Shown here piece after piece: positions 20,276 to 29,403 of a DNA stretch of 64,000 bases. The stretch comes from Candidatus Latescibacterota bacterium (GTDB lineage: Bacteria; Latescibacterota; UBA2968). Positions within the stretch are counted from its first letter, which is position 1. The number at the start of each line of letters is the position of its first letter. The notes under the pieces are model-generated. The model did no database searches. It worked only from the letters and a program-made list of their open reading frames with translations, and was not told the DNA's origin. Position numbers and translations under genes: made by a program. Location of the stretch: positions 704,001 to 768,000 of the forward strand of contig OZ242195.1 of NCBI GenBank assembly GCA_965205975.1, given 5' to 3'.

Positions 20276-22000
20276 ATGCAGAAAGACAACGGTCAGGAAA
20301 TGGACGCGCTTTGGGGCGAAGATGTCATTGCACTGCGCGCTGAAAATGCAGAACGGGGTCAGCTCTTTAATGATGGCAATTACGCCATGTTTATCCACTG
20401 GGGGCCCTATGCTCAACTTGCCAACAAAGTCGATGGCAAAACGTACTACGGCATTGGCGAATGGATCATGAACCCGCGCATGGCCAATATTCCGGTTGAG
20501 GAATATATGGAAATGGCGAAAACCTTTAACCCCGTCAATTTTGATGCAACAGAAATAGCACAACTGGCCAAAGGCGCGGGCATGAAATACATCATTATCA
20601 CCAGCAAGCACCACGATGGGTTTGCCATGTATCGCTCAGCCTGCAACGACTTTAACATTGGTGCGGTTACCCAATTTAACCGCGACCCCATGAAAGAACT
20701 CGCCGGGGCATGCGAAAAACTCGGTCTCGGATTTGGATTTTACTACTCTCACAATCAGGACTGGACTTTTCCAGGTGGTGCAAACGGTCCAGACACAGAT
20801 GCCGATGGCAATCCGGCCACCTTCGACGATTATTTTGTCAAAAAATGCCTGCCACAGGTCGAAGAGATCACCAGCGAGTACGGCCCCATCGAACTCATCT
20901 GGTTTGACACACCCGGACAAATGCCCAAAAAGTACATTGAGCAACTCATCGAAGTCGTGCGCAAAAATCAACCCAATGCGCTCGTTTCAGGCCGCGCCGG
21001 GCACGGGCTGGGCGACTACAAGACGCTGGGTGATATGGATGTGCCATCCACCAACGTTGAAGGTATGTGGGAAAGTGTCGATACCACCAACGACTCCTGG
21101 GCTTTTGCCTGGTACGATGAATACTGGAAAACACCCAGAGAAATTCTTCGCCGCCTGATCTCCTGTGTTGCCAGAGGCGGCACTTACATGCTCAACATCG
21201 GTCCCTGCGGTGACGGTTCAATACCCGAAAGAGCTGCCCGCACTTTACGTGCTGCTGGCGAGTGGATCAAGCGCTATCCCCAGGTCGTCTATGGTACCGA
21301 TGCATCACCCTGGCAACATGCCCTGCCCTGGGGAGATGTGACGGTAAAAGACAATACGCTCTTTCTCAGCATTTTCAACTGGCCTGCCTCTGGTACACTT
21401 TATCTGCCAGGCCTCAAAACAGAAATCGAATCTGCATCCCTCCTCGATGGCGATCAATCTATACCTTTTGAGAAAAAACACGGCTGGACCTGCTTTGAGT
21501 TATCGCCGCAGGCACCCGAAAACCTGGTTTCAGTCCTTGAAGTCAAACTCAAAGGCACGCCAAAAGCCGATTCGACCTGGGCAATTGATCCCGAAATAGA
21601 GACCGAAATTTTTTCAGAAGCTGCGGCCGTTGAAAATGCCACATTGGCAAATCAACGCTGGATGGAAAAATTTGGAGAATGGAAACACGTCAGCCGTGTC
21701 CATAAATGGACGCCTGAAGGCAAAGCGACCTGGACGGTCAACGTTCTTGCGTCTGGAGACTACATCGTAGATCTCACCTATTCGGGTGAAGGACGTCTCG
21801 TCTGGGGGGTTAGTATTGAAAATGGTGAACACATTCAAAATCAGCAAAATTCGTCGCATAACTACCAGCGTTTTCCCATTGGCTGGATTAACTTTTCCGG
21901 GCCGGGTACTTACAAAATCAGCGTTTCCTGTCTCGAAGGCGATTTGAGCAAAGCCAGTCTGAAATCGATTCACTTCACGCCTGTTCGCGATATTTGCTAA
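20276..22000 (+). CDS. Alpha-L-fucosidase (GH29) with C-terminal beta domain
   Basis: MFIHWG, TSKHHDGF, IWFD nucleophile, MLNIGP. Confidence 0.92.
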   Translation: MQKDNGQEMDALWGEDVIALRAENAERGQLFNDGNYAMFIHWGPYAQLANKVDGKTYYGIGEWIMNPRMANIPVEEYMEMAKTFNPVNFDATEIAQLAKGAGMKYIIITSKHHDGFAMYRSACNDFNIGAVTQFNRDPMKELAGACEKLGLGFGFYYSHNQDWTFPGGANGPDTDADGNPATFDDYFVKKCLPQVEEITSEYGPIELIWFDTPGQMPKKYIEQLIEVVRKNQPNALVSGRAGHGLGDYKTLGDMDVPSTNVEGMWESVDTTNDSWAFAWYDEYWKTPREILRRLISCVARGGTYMLNIGPCGDGSIPERAARTLRAAGEWIKRYPQVVYGTDASPWQHALPWGDVTVKDNTLFLSIFNWPASGTLYLPGLKTEIESASLLDGDQSIPFEKKHGWTCFELSPQAPENLVSVLEVKLKGTPKADSTWAIDPEIETEIFSEAAAVENATLANQRWMEKFGEWKHVSRVHKWTPEGKATWTVNVLASGDYIVDLTYSGEGRLVWGVSIENGEHIQNQQNSSHNYQRFPIGWINFSGPGTYKISVSCLEGDLSKASLKSIHFTPVRDIC

Positions 22001-22027
22001 ATCAATCAGCCGAGGAGTCAGTGAAAA

Positions 22028-23254
22028 ATGAGTGATATTGCGTTCAGGCGAGCGATGGTGGGGGATGTGGAGGCGGTCCTTCGCGTAATGGCGCAGGCGT
22101 TTGGGCGGGCGCCGGGGTCGGAGAAGTATGCGCGCGACAAGGAGAGAATTGCGCGGGGGACGGACGCGCATTGGGTGCTTGTGCGAGAGGGGGAGATTGT
22201 CGGGGCGGCGCATGTTCGGCGGGAAGAGATTCAGGTGGGGCAGGCGGTCGTGGCCAAGGCGGATGTGGGGGAGGTGTGTATCGCGCCGAGTTGTCAGGGG
22301 GAGGGGCTTGGGACGATGTTGATGAAGATGGTGGTGGCGCAGTTGAAGGCGGACGGATATTCCCTGTCGCGGTTGGGTGGGTATCGGCGGTTCTACGAGC
22401 GGTTCGGGTGGGTGCCGTTTCCGCGGGGCTATATCGACTTCGCGCTGCGGGGATTGACGTCGCGGGGCGGGTTTACCGATCCGGTGAGCTACCTGGATCG
22501 GCCAGAGGAGGATGCGCGGATCCGGGCGTACGACGGACGTCGGGATGCGGCGGCGTGTGAGGCGCTTTACGCGGCGTTTAATGCGGGGCGGACAGGGGCT
22601 GAGCCAGCGCGGTCGTTCGGAGCGGGCGCCGGGAATCCGTGGCGGGTGGTATATGAGGTGGACGGAGCGGTCCGGGCTTACGTTTTCGCGTCACAGAACG
22701 CGCCGCCTTATACGCGGTTTTCGTCGGCGGTGTCGATCTCCGACGGGGCGTGCGATCCGGGTGATACGCGACCGCTTGGCGCAACGCTGCGATACGTTCT
22801 GCGTCAGGCGGCGATCGCGGGGGTGGAATCGGTCAGGGCGCGGCTGCCGCTGGACCCGTCGCTCTACGATCTGTATCGGGATTCGAGCTGCGGGTTCGTG
22901 CCGTCGCTCTGGCAGTCGTCGGAAGGCGGGAATATGCTGCAGGTGCTGAGTCTGAGGGGACTGCTTGAGGCGATTGCGCCGGAACTGACGGCGCGGCTGC
23001 GGACGGCGGAACAGGGGACGGGCGAGGTCGGTCTTCGCGTGCGGGGGGAGACGGTTGGATTGGTGTGGGATGGGGCGCGGTTGACGGTGAGAGAAGGGAA
23101 AGGGGATTGGGTGGAACTCGGGCAGGATGGGGTGATGAAGATGGTGCTGGGGTTGGTGCCGGTGGAGCAGGTCGTGGTAGGAGAGAGGGAGGATGTAGCT
23201 ATGCTGAGGGCGGCGTTTCCGGTACAGGGGACGGCGACGGGGGTTTGGGGGTGA
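22028..23254 (+). CDS. GNAT (Eis-like) acetyltransferase
   Basis: VCIAPSCQGEGLG acetyl-CoA motif, FYERFGW; multi-domain Eis-like length. Confidence 0.8.
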   Translation: MSDIAFRRAMVGDVEAVLRVMAQAFGRAPGSEKYARDKERIARGTDAHWVLVREGEIVGAAHVRREEIQVGQAVVAKADVGEVCIAPSCQGEGLGTMLMKMVVAQLKADGYSLSRLGGYRRFYERFGWVPFPRGYIDFALRGLTSRGGFTDPVSYLDRPEEDARIRAYDGRRDAAACEALYAAFNAGRTGAEPARSFGAGAGNPWRVVYEVDGAVRAYVFASQNAPPYTRFSSAVSISDGACDPGDTRPLGATLRYVLRQAAIAGVESVRARLPLDPSLYDLYRDSSCGFVPSLWQSSEGGNMLQVLSLRGLLEAIAPELTARLRTAEQGTGEVGLRVRGETVGLVWDGARLTVREGKGDWVELGQDGVMKMVLGLVPVEQVVVGEREDVAMLRAAFPVQGTATGVWG

Positions 23255-23297
23255 TGGGCTACGCGAGATGAATAAAATATGGAGGCAAAAGATCAGT

Positions 23298-24170
23298 ATG
23301 TCATCAAATATCCACTTTGCTATGGGCGGCGCCATTTTCGGAGCCTTCACGATTGAATCCGCGGAGTTGATTGCCAGGCACGGTCTGCCGGGCGTCGAAC
23401 CTTACCGCAGTGGCCTGATCGCCTGGCTCGACGACCCGCAAGCTCTGAAGGCCATCCTCGACGAACACGGTATTCGGCTCATTACCGCTTCGAACGGCGG
23501 GCCTGGTCAGTCGGTGGAATTTATCGATCGGTCAAAGCGTGGTGAAACAATCGCCGACCACGTCGCTTTCTGCCGCGATTTCCTGAAGGTCTTCGGTTGC
23601 ACGCACTTCAAGATCAACATGGGGAGCCGCCCACAGAACGGAACAACGGTAGATGACATCAAAGCGATCTCAGAGACTGTGTCAGAACTCGGCAAGCGAA
23701 CGCTTGAGATGGGTGTGACGATTGCGCCACACCCGCATATCTGGGGGCCGATTGAGCGGCCGGAGGAAGTTCGCGCCCTTCTCGATCAGACCGACCCTGA
23801 TATCGTGTCCTGGATTCCCGACACCGCACAGCTCAACCTCGGAGGAGGCGATCCCGTTCAGCTCATCGACGATTATTACGACCGCCTGGCCGCCGTCCAC
23901 TGGAAGGATTCGGAGGCGTCGTATCGCGGTTATACTGGCCCGACACCGACGAAGGAGATGCACGCGGAGGAAATTCTGTACAAAGATCTGGGGTCCGGCG
24001 GCGTCGATCACCCTGCGATTTGGGCCATGCTAAATGCGCGAGGCTACGACGGATGGATTACGCTCGATCTCGATCCCCCGCGTCCAAATGAAGGCGAAGG
24101 TTCAGTTGACGACAAAATGGGGATCAACTGCAGGTATCTGATGGAAACATTGAAAGTTTCCCGCTTTTAG
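23298..24170 (+). CDS. Sugar phosphate isomerase/epimerase (IolE-like)
   Basis: HPHIWGPIE, PDTAQ, VHWKD, LGSGGVD motifs; GGAGG RBS. Confidence 0.85.
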   Translation: MSSNIHFAMGGAIFGAFTIESAELIARHGLPGVEPYRSGLIAWLDDPQALKAILDEHGIRLITASNGGPGQSVEFIDRSKRGETIADHVAFCRDFLKVFGCTHFKINMGSRPQNGTTVDDIKAISETVSELGKRTLEMGVTIAPHPHIWGPIERPEEVRALLDQTDPDIVSWIPDTAQLNLGGGDPVQLIDDYYDRLAAVHWKDSEASYRGYTGPTPTKEMHAEEILYKDLGSGGVDHPAIWAMLNARGYDGWITLDLDPPRPNEGEGSVDDKMGINCRYLMETLKVSRF

Positions 24171-24357
24171 TGTGCCAATCCCGGTATTTGGCTTGTTTTG
24201 TTATCCCTTTTATCTTTACGTTTAGATATCTTAATGGTCAGGCTGTTGCAAGACAATGGTCATATAGCAAGTTGCAGACACAGATTGGCGCAAGCAGGAT
24301 CGCAACCCGCCCCACGCACGGCAAAATCTGCTGACAACAAAAAAGGAGGCTTGCATC

Positions 24358-25932
24358 ATGCGCTTTTTCAACACCGCTGGCCCTATCAAGCCCGAAATGC
24401 ACTATTGCATTCCGCCGCTGGAACGTCTTAACATGGACGAGGTGCATGCCCTGATCCGGGATGCGAAATATTTCGTCCTGCACGCGCCCCGGCAGACGGG
24501 CAAGACTTCTGCCCTGCTGACACTGTGCGACTTGCTCAACGCGGAGGGCACCTACCGTTGCGTGTACGTCAATGTGGAAGGCGGGCAAGCCGCACGAGAA
24601 GATGTGGAACAGGTAACGCGCACCTTTCTGGGTGAATTGGCATCTCGGGCGCGTTCAGTAGGTGACGAATTTTTGGACGAGATCTGGTTCGACATCCTGG
24701 CGAAATACGGGCCTCACGTTGCCTTGCGCGAGGCGTTGACGCGCTGGGCACAGGCTGCCCCGAAGCCATTGGTGTTGCTCATTGACGAGATCGATTCTCT
24801 AATCGGCGATTCTCTGCTGTCCGTGCTACGACAGTTGCGGGCAGGCTACGACCTGCGTCCAGAGGGTTTTCCACAAAGCGTAATATTATGCGGCGTGCGC
24901 GATGTGCGCGACTACCGCATCCAATCCACTGCAGAGAACGCGATCATCGCCGGTGGCAGTGCGTTCAACATTCGCGCCGAGTCCCTGCGCCTGGGGGACT
25001 TCTCACAGGATGAAGTATTCGCTCTCATCTCACAGCATACGGCAGAAACAGGGCAGGCATTCACAGCCGAGGCACTGGAGACGATCTGGACACAGACCCA
25101 GGGGCAACCGTGGCTGGTGAACGCACTGGCTTATGAAGCCTGCTTTAAGAACAAGACCGGGCAGGATCGCAGCCAGCCCATCACAGCCGAGGCGATATAC
25201 GACGCCCGCGAGCAACTCATCCTGCGCCGGGAGATACACCTCGACCAGTTAGCTGACAAGCTCAAGGAAAACCGCGTGCGGCGTGTCGTTGAGCCGCTAC
25301 TGAGTGGGGGTGAGGAACGCCGCTTTATTGACCGCGACATAGAGTATGTGCGCGATCTCGGCCTGGTGGCTCAGGAGCGTCCCATGCGTATCGCCAATCC
25401 CATCTACGCCGAGGTCGTTCCCCGCGAACTGACGTGGGTGATCCAGGAGGAGTTTGAGCAGGAAACCGCATGGTATGTCACTGATGATGGCAACCTGGAC
25501 GTGGTTGCACTGATGACCGCGTTTCAGACCTTTTTCCGCGAACATTCGGAACACTGGGTTGAAAGGTTTCAGTACAGGGAAGCCGGTCCACAGTTGCTGT
25601 TGCAGGCATTTCTCCAGCGCATTGTGAACAGCGGTGGACGCATTGAACGGGAGTATGGTTTGGGACGTGGACGCACTGATCTGCTCATCTTATGGCCGCA
25701 GGATGATCAGACGCGCAAAATCGTTATTGAGTGTAAATTGCTCCACAAGAGTCTGGAACAGACCATTGCCGAGGGGCTGGAACAGACCGCGGAGTACATG
25801 GATCGGTGCGCTGCAGAGGCTGGCCATCTGGTGATTTTTGACCGTCGCGCAGGCAGGCGTTGGGAGGATAAGGTGTTCCACCGTCGCCATACGTCTGAAG
25901 GTGGTGTTGAGATAGACGTATGGGGCATGTGA
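24358..25932 (+). CDS. AAA-like ATPase fused to C-terminal PD-(D/E)XK nuclease domain
   Basis: APRQTGKTS, LLIDEID; EREYGLGRGRTDL...IECK. Confidence 0.88.
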   Translation: MRFFNTAGPIKPEMHYCIPPLERLNMDEVHALIRDAKYFVLHAPRQTGKTSALLTLCDLLNAEGTYRCVYVNVEGGQAAREDVEQVTRTFLGELASRARSVGDEFLDEIWFDILAKYGPHVALREALTRWAQAAPKPLVLLIDEIDSLIGDSLLSVLRQLRAGYDLRPEGFPQSVILCGVRDVRDYRIQSTAENAIIAGGSAFNIRAESLRLGDFSQDEVFALISQHTAETGQAFTAEALETIWTQTQGQPWLVNALAYEACFKNKTGQDRSQPITAEAIYDAREQLILRREIHLDQLADKLKENRVRRVVEPLLSGGEERRFIDRDIEYVRDLGLVAQERPMRIANPIYAEVVPRELTWVIQEEFEQETAWYVTDDGNLDVVALMTAFQTFFREHSEHWVERFQYREAGPQLLLQAFLQRIVNSGGRIEREYGLGRGRTDLLILWPQDDQTRKIVIECKLLHKSLEQTIAEGLEQTAEYMDRCAAEAGHLVIFDRRAGRRWEDKVFHRRHTSEGGVEIDVWGM

Positions 25933-26023
25933 TCCGTTGCGTCTTGCTCATCTGTTGATGGCTGCAAGAAGGTTTAAATATTATCTCAATGCTCTATTGG
26001 CGATGCCACAATAGGAGATCATC

Positions 26024-27268
26024 ATGCTCAAGAAACTGACTGTCCGAAACTTCAAATCTCTCAACGACGTCACGGTAGAGTTGCCCCGTTTTGCGGTTCT
26101 TTTTGGACCCAATGCCGTGGGTAAGAGCAATCTGCTTGATGCCATCCAAGCTCTTTCATTGATGGGTAACGCACCCACATTATCCGAAGCACTTGGACAA
26201 TCGTCCCCGATACGTGGCTACCCCTTTGAAGCGCTCTCATACGCTCCTGATGGGTTGCCTGGACTGTTCCGCAAAGGGTCCGCACAGTTTACGTTAGAGG
26301 CCGATCTGACTACTGACAGAGAGAACTATCGGTATCGTATTGAGCCACGAATTGATCTCAGATCGGGCCAACTCAGCATTACTGACGAATATCTGGCTCA
26401 ACTTGATGTCTCCGGAAAACCGAAGGGAACCGCAGCTATTGAGCGCTTGGGATCGCTTCTCCACATCCGCCCCCAAGCTGAAACGGATTATATACGGCAG
26501 GAGCAGGTTGGTTTGAACCACTCTATTTTGTCAGACCGAAGTCTGGGACCCAAGGCATACCCCTGGTTGGAGCAAGTGCGCAATGAGTTGCTGAACTGGC
26601 GTACCTACTATTTCGAGCCATGGATGAAAATGCGGGAGGAGCAATCTCCTTCCGACGTGTTCGACATTGGTGTTCACGGGGAGTACATTGCATCATTTTT
26701 GTATAAGCTTCGGGCCGAGTATCCCAAACACTTTGATGCTGTATTTCGAACATTGCGTTCAATCGTACCAAGTATTGAGACGCTGAATGTCGAATTGACC
26801 GAACGACGTGGTACGTTAGAGCTGTGGATCCAACAGGCAGGCATAGAGTACTCCTCTCGAGTCTTATCTGAAGGAACATTGAGAGTCCTCGGACTTTGCG
26901 CCATGGCTGTTAATCCTTGGGGCGGGTCGCTCGTAGCACTGGAGGAACCAGAAAACGGCGTTCATCCGCGCCGGATCGATCTGATTGCTCAGCTTCTGTT
27001 CTCTATAACTGAACAATACCAGCGTCAGGTTGTCGTCACGACACACTCACCGCTATTTGTTGATGCAATCCTGAAGGTGAAGCGCGAAGCAGAATCGAGC
27101 GATATTGGCCTCTTCAGTGTTCGTCTTACAACACAGGGGACAGTCGTCAAGCCTTTTGACGTTACAGGTCCGATGTTTAGGGATCAAGAAATCGCGGAGG
27201 CACTTGCGAACCGGACAGAAGACAGCATGTTTGAAAGTCTGATATTGCGGGGGCTTATTGATGAGTAA
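26024..27268 (+). CDS. AAA_21/AAA_15-type ABC ATPase
   Basis: NFKSL, GPNAVGKS, LSEGT, LEEPENGVHP, VTTHSP. Confidence 0.92.
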   Translation: MLKKLTVRNFKSLNDVTVELPRFAVLFGPNAVGKSNLLDAIQALSLMGNAPTLSEALGQSSPIRGYPFEALSYAPDGLPGLFRKGSAQFTLEADLTTDRENYRYRIEPRIDLRSGQLSITDEYLAQLDVSGKPKGTAAIERLGSLLHIRPQAETDYIRQEQVGLNHSILSDRSLGPKAYPWLEQVRNELLNWRTYYFEPWMKMREEQSPSDVFDIGVHGEYIASFLYKLRAEYPKHFDAVFRTLRSIVPSIETLNVELTERRGTLELWIQQAGIEYSSRVLSEGTLRVLGLCAMAVNPWGGSLVALEEPENGVHPRRIDLIAQLLFSITEQYQRQVVVTTHSPLFVDAILKVKREAESSDIGLFSVRLTTQGTVVKPFDVTGPMFRDQEIAEALANRTEDSMFESLILRGLIDE

Positions 27269-27890
27269 TCAGGTTATAGTCGATCTCTTTGTCGAAGACC
27301 GTGCACACGAAAGTTTTCTGGAACCACTGTTGATGCGAATTGCTCGAGAACAGGATCAGGATATCGAAATGGAGATACGCGTACTTTCTGCCAGAGGGGG
27401 TCACAGTCGTGCAATCGCGGAATTCAAGGGTTATCAACAAACAATCGTCACGAAGAGTCGCTTGGGCAATGAGCCCGCAGACATAGTGGTGGTCACCATT
27501 GACGGCAATTGTTTGACCTTCCCGGTTGCACGAAGGCATATACTGGAAGCCACTGTTCCAATGTTGAAAGACCGAGTGGTCATAGCATGTCCGGATCCAC
27601 ACATTGAGCGGTGGTACGTCGCGGATCCTGATTCGTTCGAGACTATCGTGGGTTATCGTCCCAGTGTTGGTGACAAAAAGTGTGCCCGGGGCCACTATAA
27701 GCAGGTTCTGACGACCGCAATTCGACAGGCAGGCCATCTGGTTACACTCGGCGGAGTCGAATTCGCTCCGGAATTGGTAGAGGGCATGAGCTTTTATCGA
27801 GCTGGGAGGAATGATTCATCACTAAAGGCGTTCTTGGACGATTTACGAGCCATGTTACGGCAGGTGACACGAGATAGGGACGAGAATTGA
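27261..27890 (+). CDS. DUF4276/RloB-like TOPRIM-fold partner protein
   Basis: LFVEDRAHESFL, VVTIDGN, PHIERWY; start overlaps ATPase stop by 8 nt. Confidence 0.65.
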   Translation: MSNQVIVDLFVEDRAHESFLEPLLMRIAREQDQDIEMEIRVLSARGGHSRAIAEFKGYQQTIVTKSRLGNEPADIVVVTIDGNCLTFPVARRHILEATVPMLKDRVVIACPDPHIERWYVADPDSFETIVGYRPSVGDKKCARGHYKQVLTTAIRQAGHLVTLGGVEFAPELVEGMSFYRAGRNDSSLKAFLDDLRAMLRQVTRDRDEN

Positions 27891-28021
27891 GGGTTATCGA
27901 GACATCATCACGGATTTTCTAAAAACAGAACTCGAGACCGTTGGTCTATCTGATCAACCAGATGTTGGAGGACCTTCTCGAAGGTGACAAAAAGTCTTTG
28001 AGATGCGGTAGAGGAGATCGC

Positions 28022-29239
28022 ATGAACCACACCGAGTTGTTTGACCTGATCCGCAATGGCGAGAATTCTATCCTGGAGTTCAAACGGGACGATATTCAGA
28101 ATCACGTTTTGGCCAAGGAACTTGTGGCTTTTCTCAATCTGGAAGGGGGTACAGTTCTGCTCGGTGTCGAAGATGATGGGCGTATTTCCGGTACGACCCG
28201 GGACCGTCTTGAGGAGTGGGTGAGCGAGCTTTGCCGCGTCAAGATCGATCCGCCGACTGTCCCGGTTCTCTTGTGGGTAAAAGATGCCGAGCCAAATCGG
28301 GATGTGCTCGCCATTTCCATCTCACGCGGTCCAAATAAGCCCTATGCGTGCGTCCACAGCGGTCGCAGAACCTACTATATCCGTGTTGGTAATACCTCTC
28401 GAGAAGCGAGCCGAGAGGAGCTCGAGCGGATGTACCAGGCGTCGGGCCACTTTCGATACGGTTTGAAGCCTGTGCCAGGTGCGAGTCTCGACGCTTTTGA
28501 CCTTCGCCGTCTGCGCGATTACCTGATTCAGGTGATTGACGGGCTGGCCCCAGAAACAGATGATATCGAGGGCTGGGAAACGCTGTTGCGAAATATCGAA
28601 CTGATGACCGTCTCTCATGCACAGCACGTTGCGACTATTGATGGGCTGCTTCTCTTTGGGAGAAATCCGAGCCGGTACGTGCCTCAATCCGGGATCCGCG
28701 CGATCTGCTATCCGGGACCTGATCCCGATTACGCAACCCGCGCCGATGAGGACCTGCGCGGCCCGATGGTTCCGCTGAAAGCCGCCAATGGAAGCATCGT
28801 TGAAATCGGCCTTGTTGAGCAGGCGTGGGATTTTGTACGTCGCAACACGACGCCAACGGCCCATATTGAGCGTGGTCGGAGGATTGATCGATGGGAATAT
28901 CCGGAAATTGTGATTCGAGAAGCCGTGGTGAACGCGCTCGTTCACCGCGATTACAGCATTTCAGGCACGGACATCATGCTGGCTATCTATTCTGATCGTC
29001 TCGAGATTCAGAGTCCCGGCAGATTGCCCAATACAGTGACAATAGATGGGATGAAATCGGGCATGCGCTACGCTCGCAATCAGACGCTGGTCAATATCAT
29101 GCGCGACTACGGCTACGTTGACGCGCGAGGCATGGGCGTGCGGAACAAAATTATTCCAGGGATGCAGGCCCACAATGGCACTGAGCCTGATTTTATCGAG
29201 GAAGAAAATCGATTTACCGTGCGGCTTTGGAAAGAGTAA
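28022..29239 (+). CDS. Schlafen/AlbA_2 domain plus HATPase_c_4 protein (no C-terminal HTH)
   Basis: GENSILEFK, VAFLNLEGGTVLLGVEDDG, YYIRVG; REAVVNALVHRDY, IQSPG, RNQ, RGMGV. Confidence 0.9.
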   Translation: MNHTELFDLIRNGENSILEFKRDDIQNHVLAKELVAFLNLEGGTVLLGVEDDGRISGTTRDRLEEWVSELCRVKIDPPTVPVLLWVKDAEPNRDVLAISISRGPNKPYACVHSGRRTYYIRVGNTSREASREELERMYQASGHFRYGLKPVPGASLDAFDLRRLRDYLIQVIDGLAPETDDIEGWETLLRNIELMTVSHAQHVATIDGLLLFGRNPSRYVPQSGIRAICYPGPDPDYATRADEDLRGPMVPLKAANGSIVEIGLVEQAWDFVRRNTTPTAHIERGRRIDRWEYPEIVIREAVVNALVHRDYSISGTDIMLAIYSDRLEIQSPGRLPNTVTIDGMKSGMRYARNQTLVNIMRDYGYVDARGMGVRNKIIPGMQAHNGTEPDFIEEENRFTVRLWKE

Positions 29240-29403
29240 AGTAGAGGAGGGTATTGATGTAATTTGTATTGCTTTATCTTGTTCAGATTTTCAACAAATC
29301 CGTGAGCACCGGCTATGCTGGTGCAATAAATTTCCTGGGCCGAATGTGTCGCGTGCAGAATTGACCGTGGCCTATCAACCAAAATGAAAATCAATTAAAT
29401 TCT

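Noticed and set aside
29347..29370. TGTCGC upstream of hsdM as a third WYL site
   Set aside because: No upstream GCGAC half-site and no TAnnnT at 10-nt spacing
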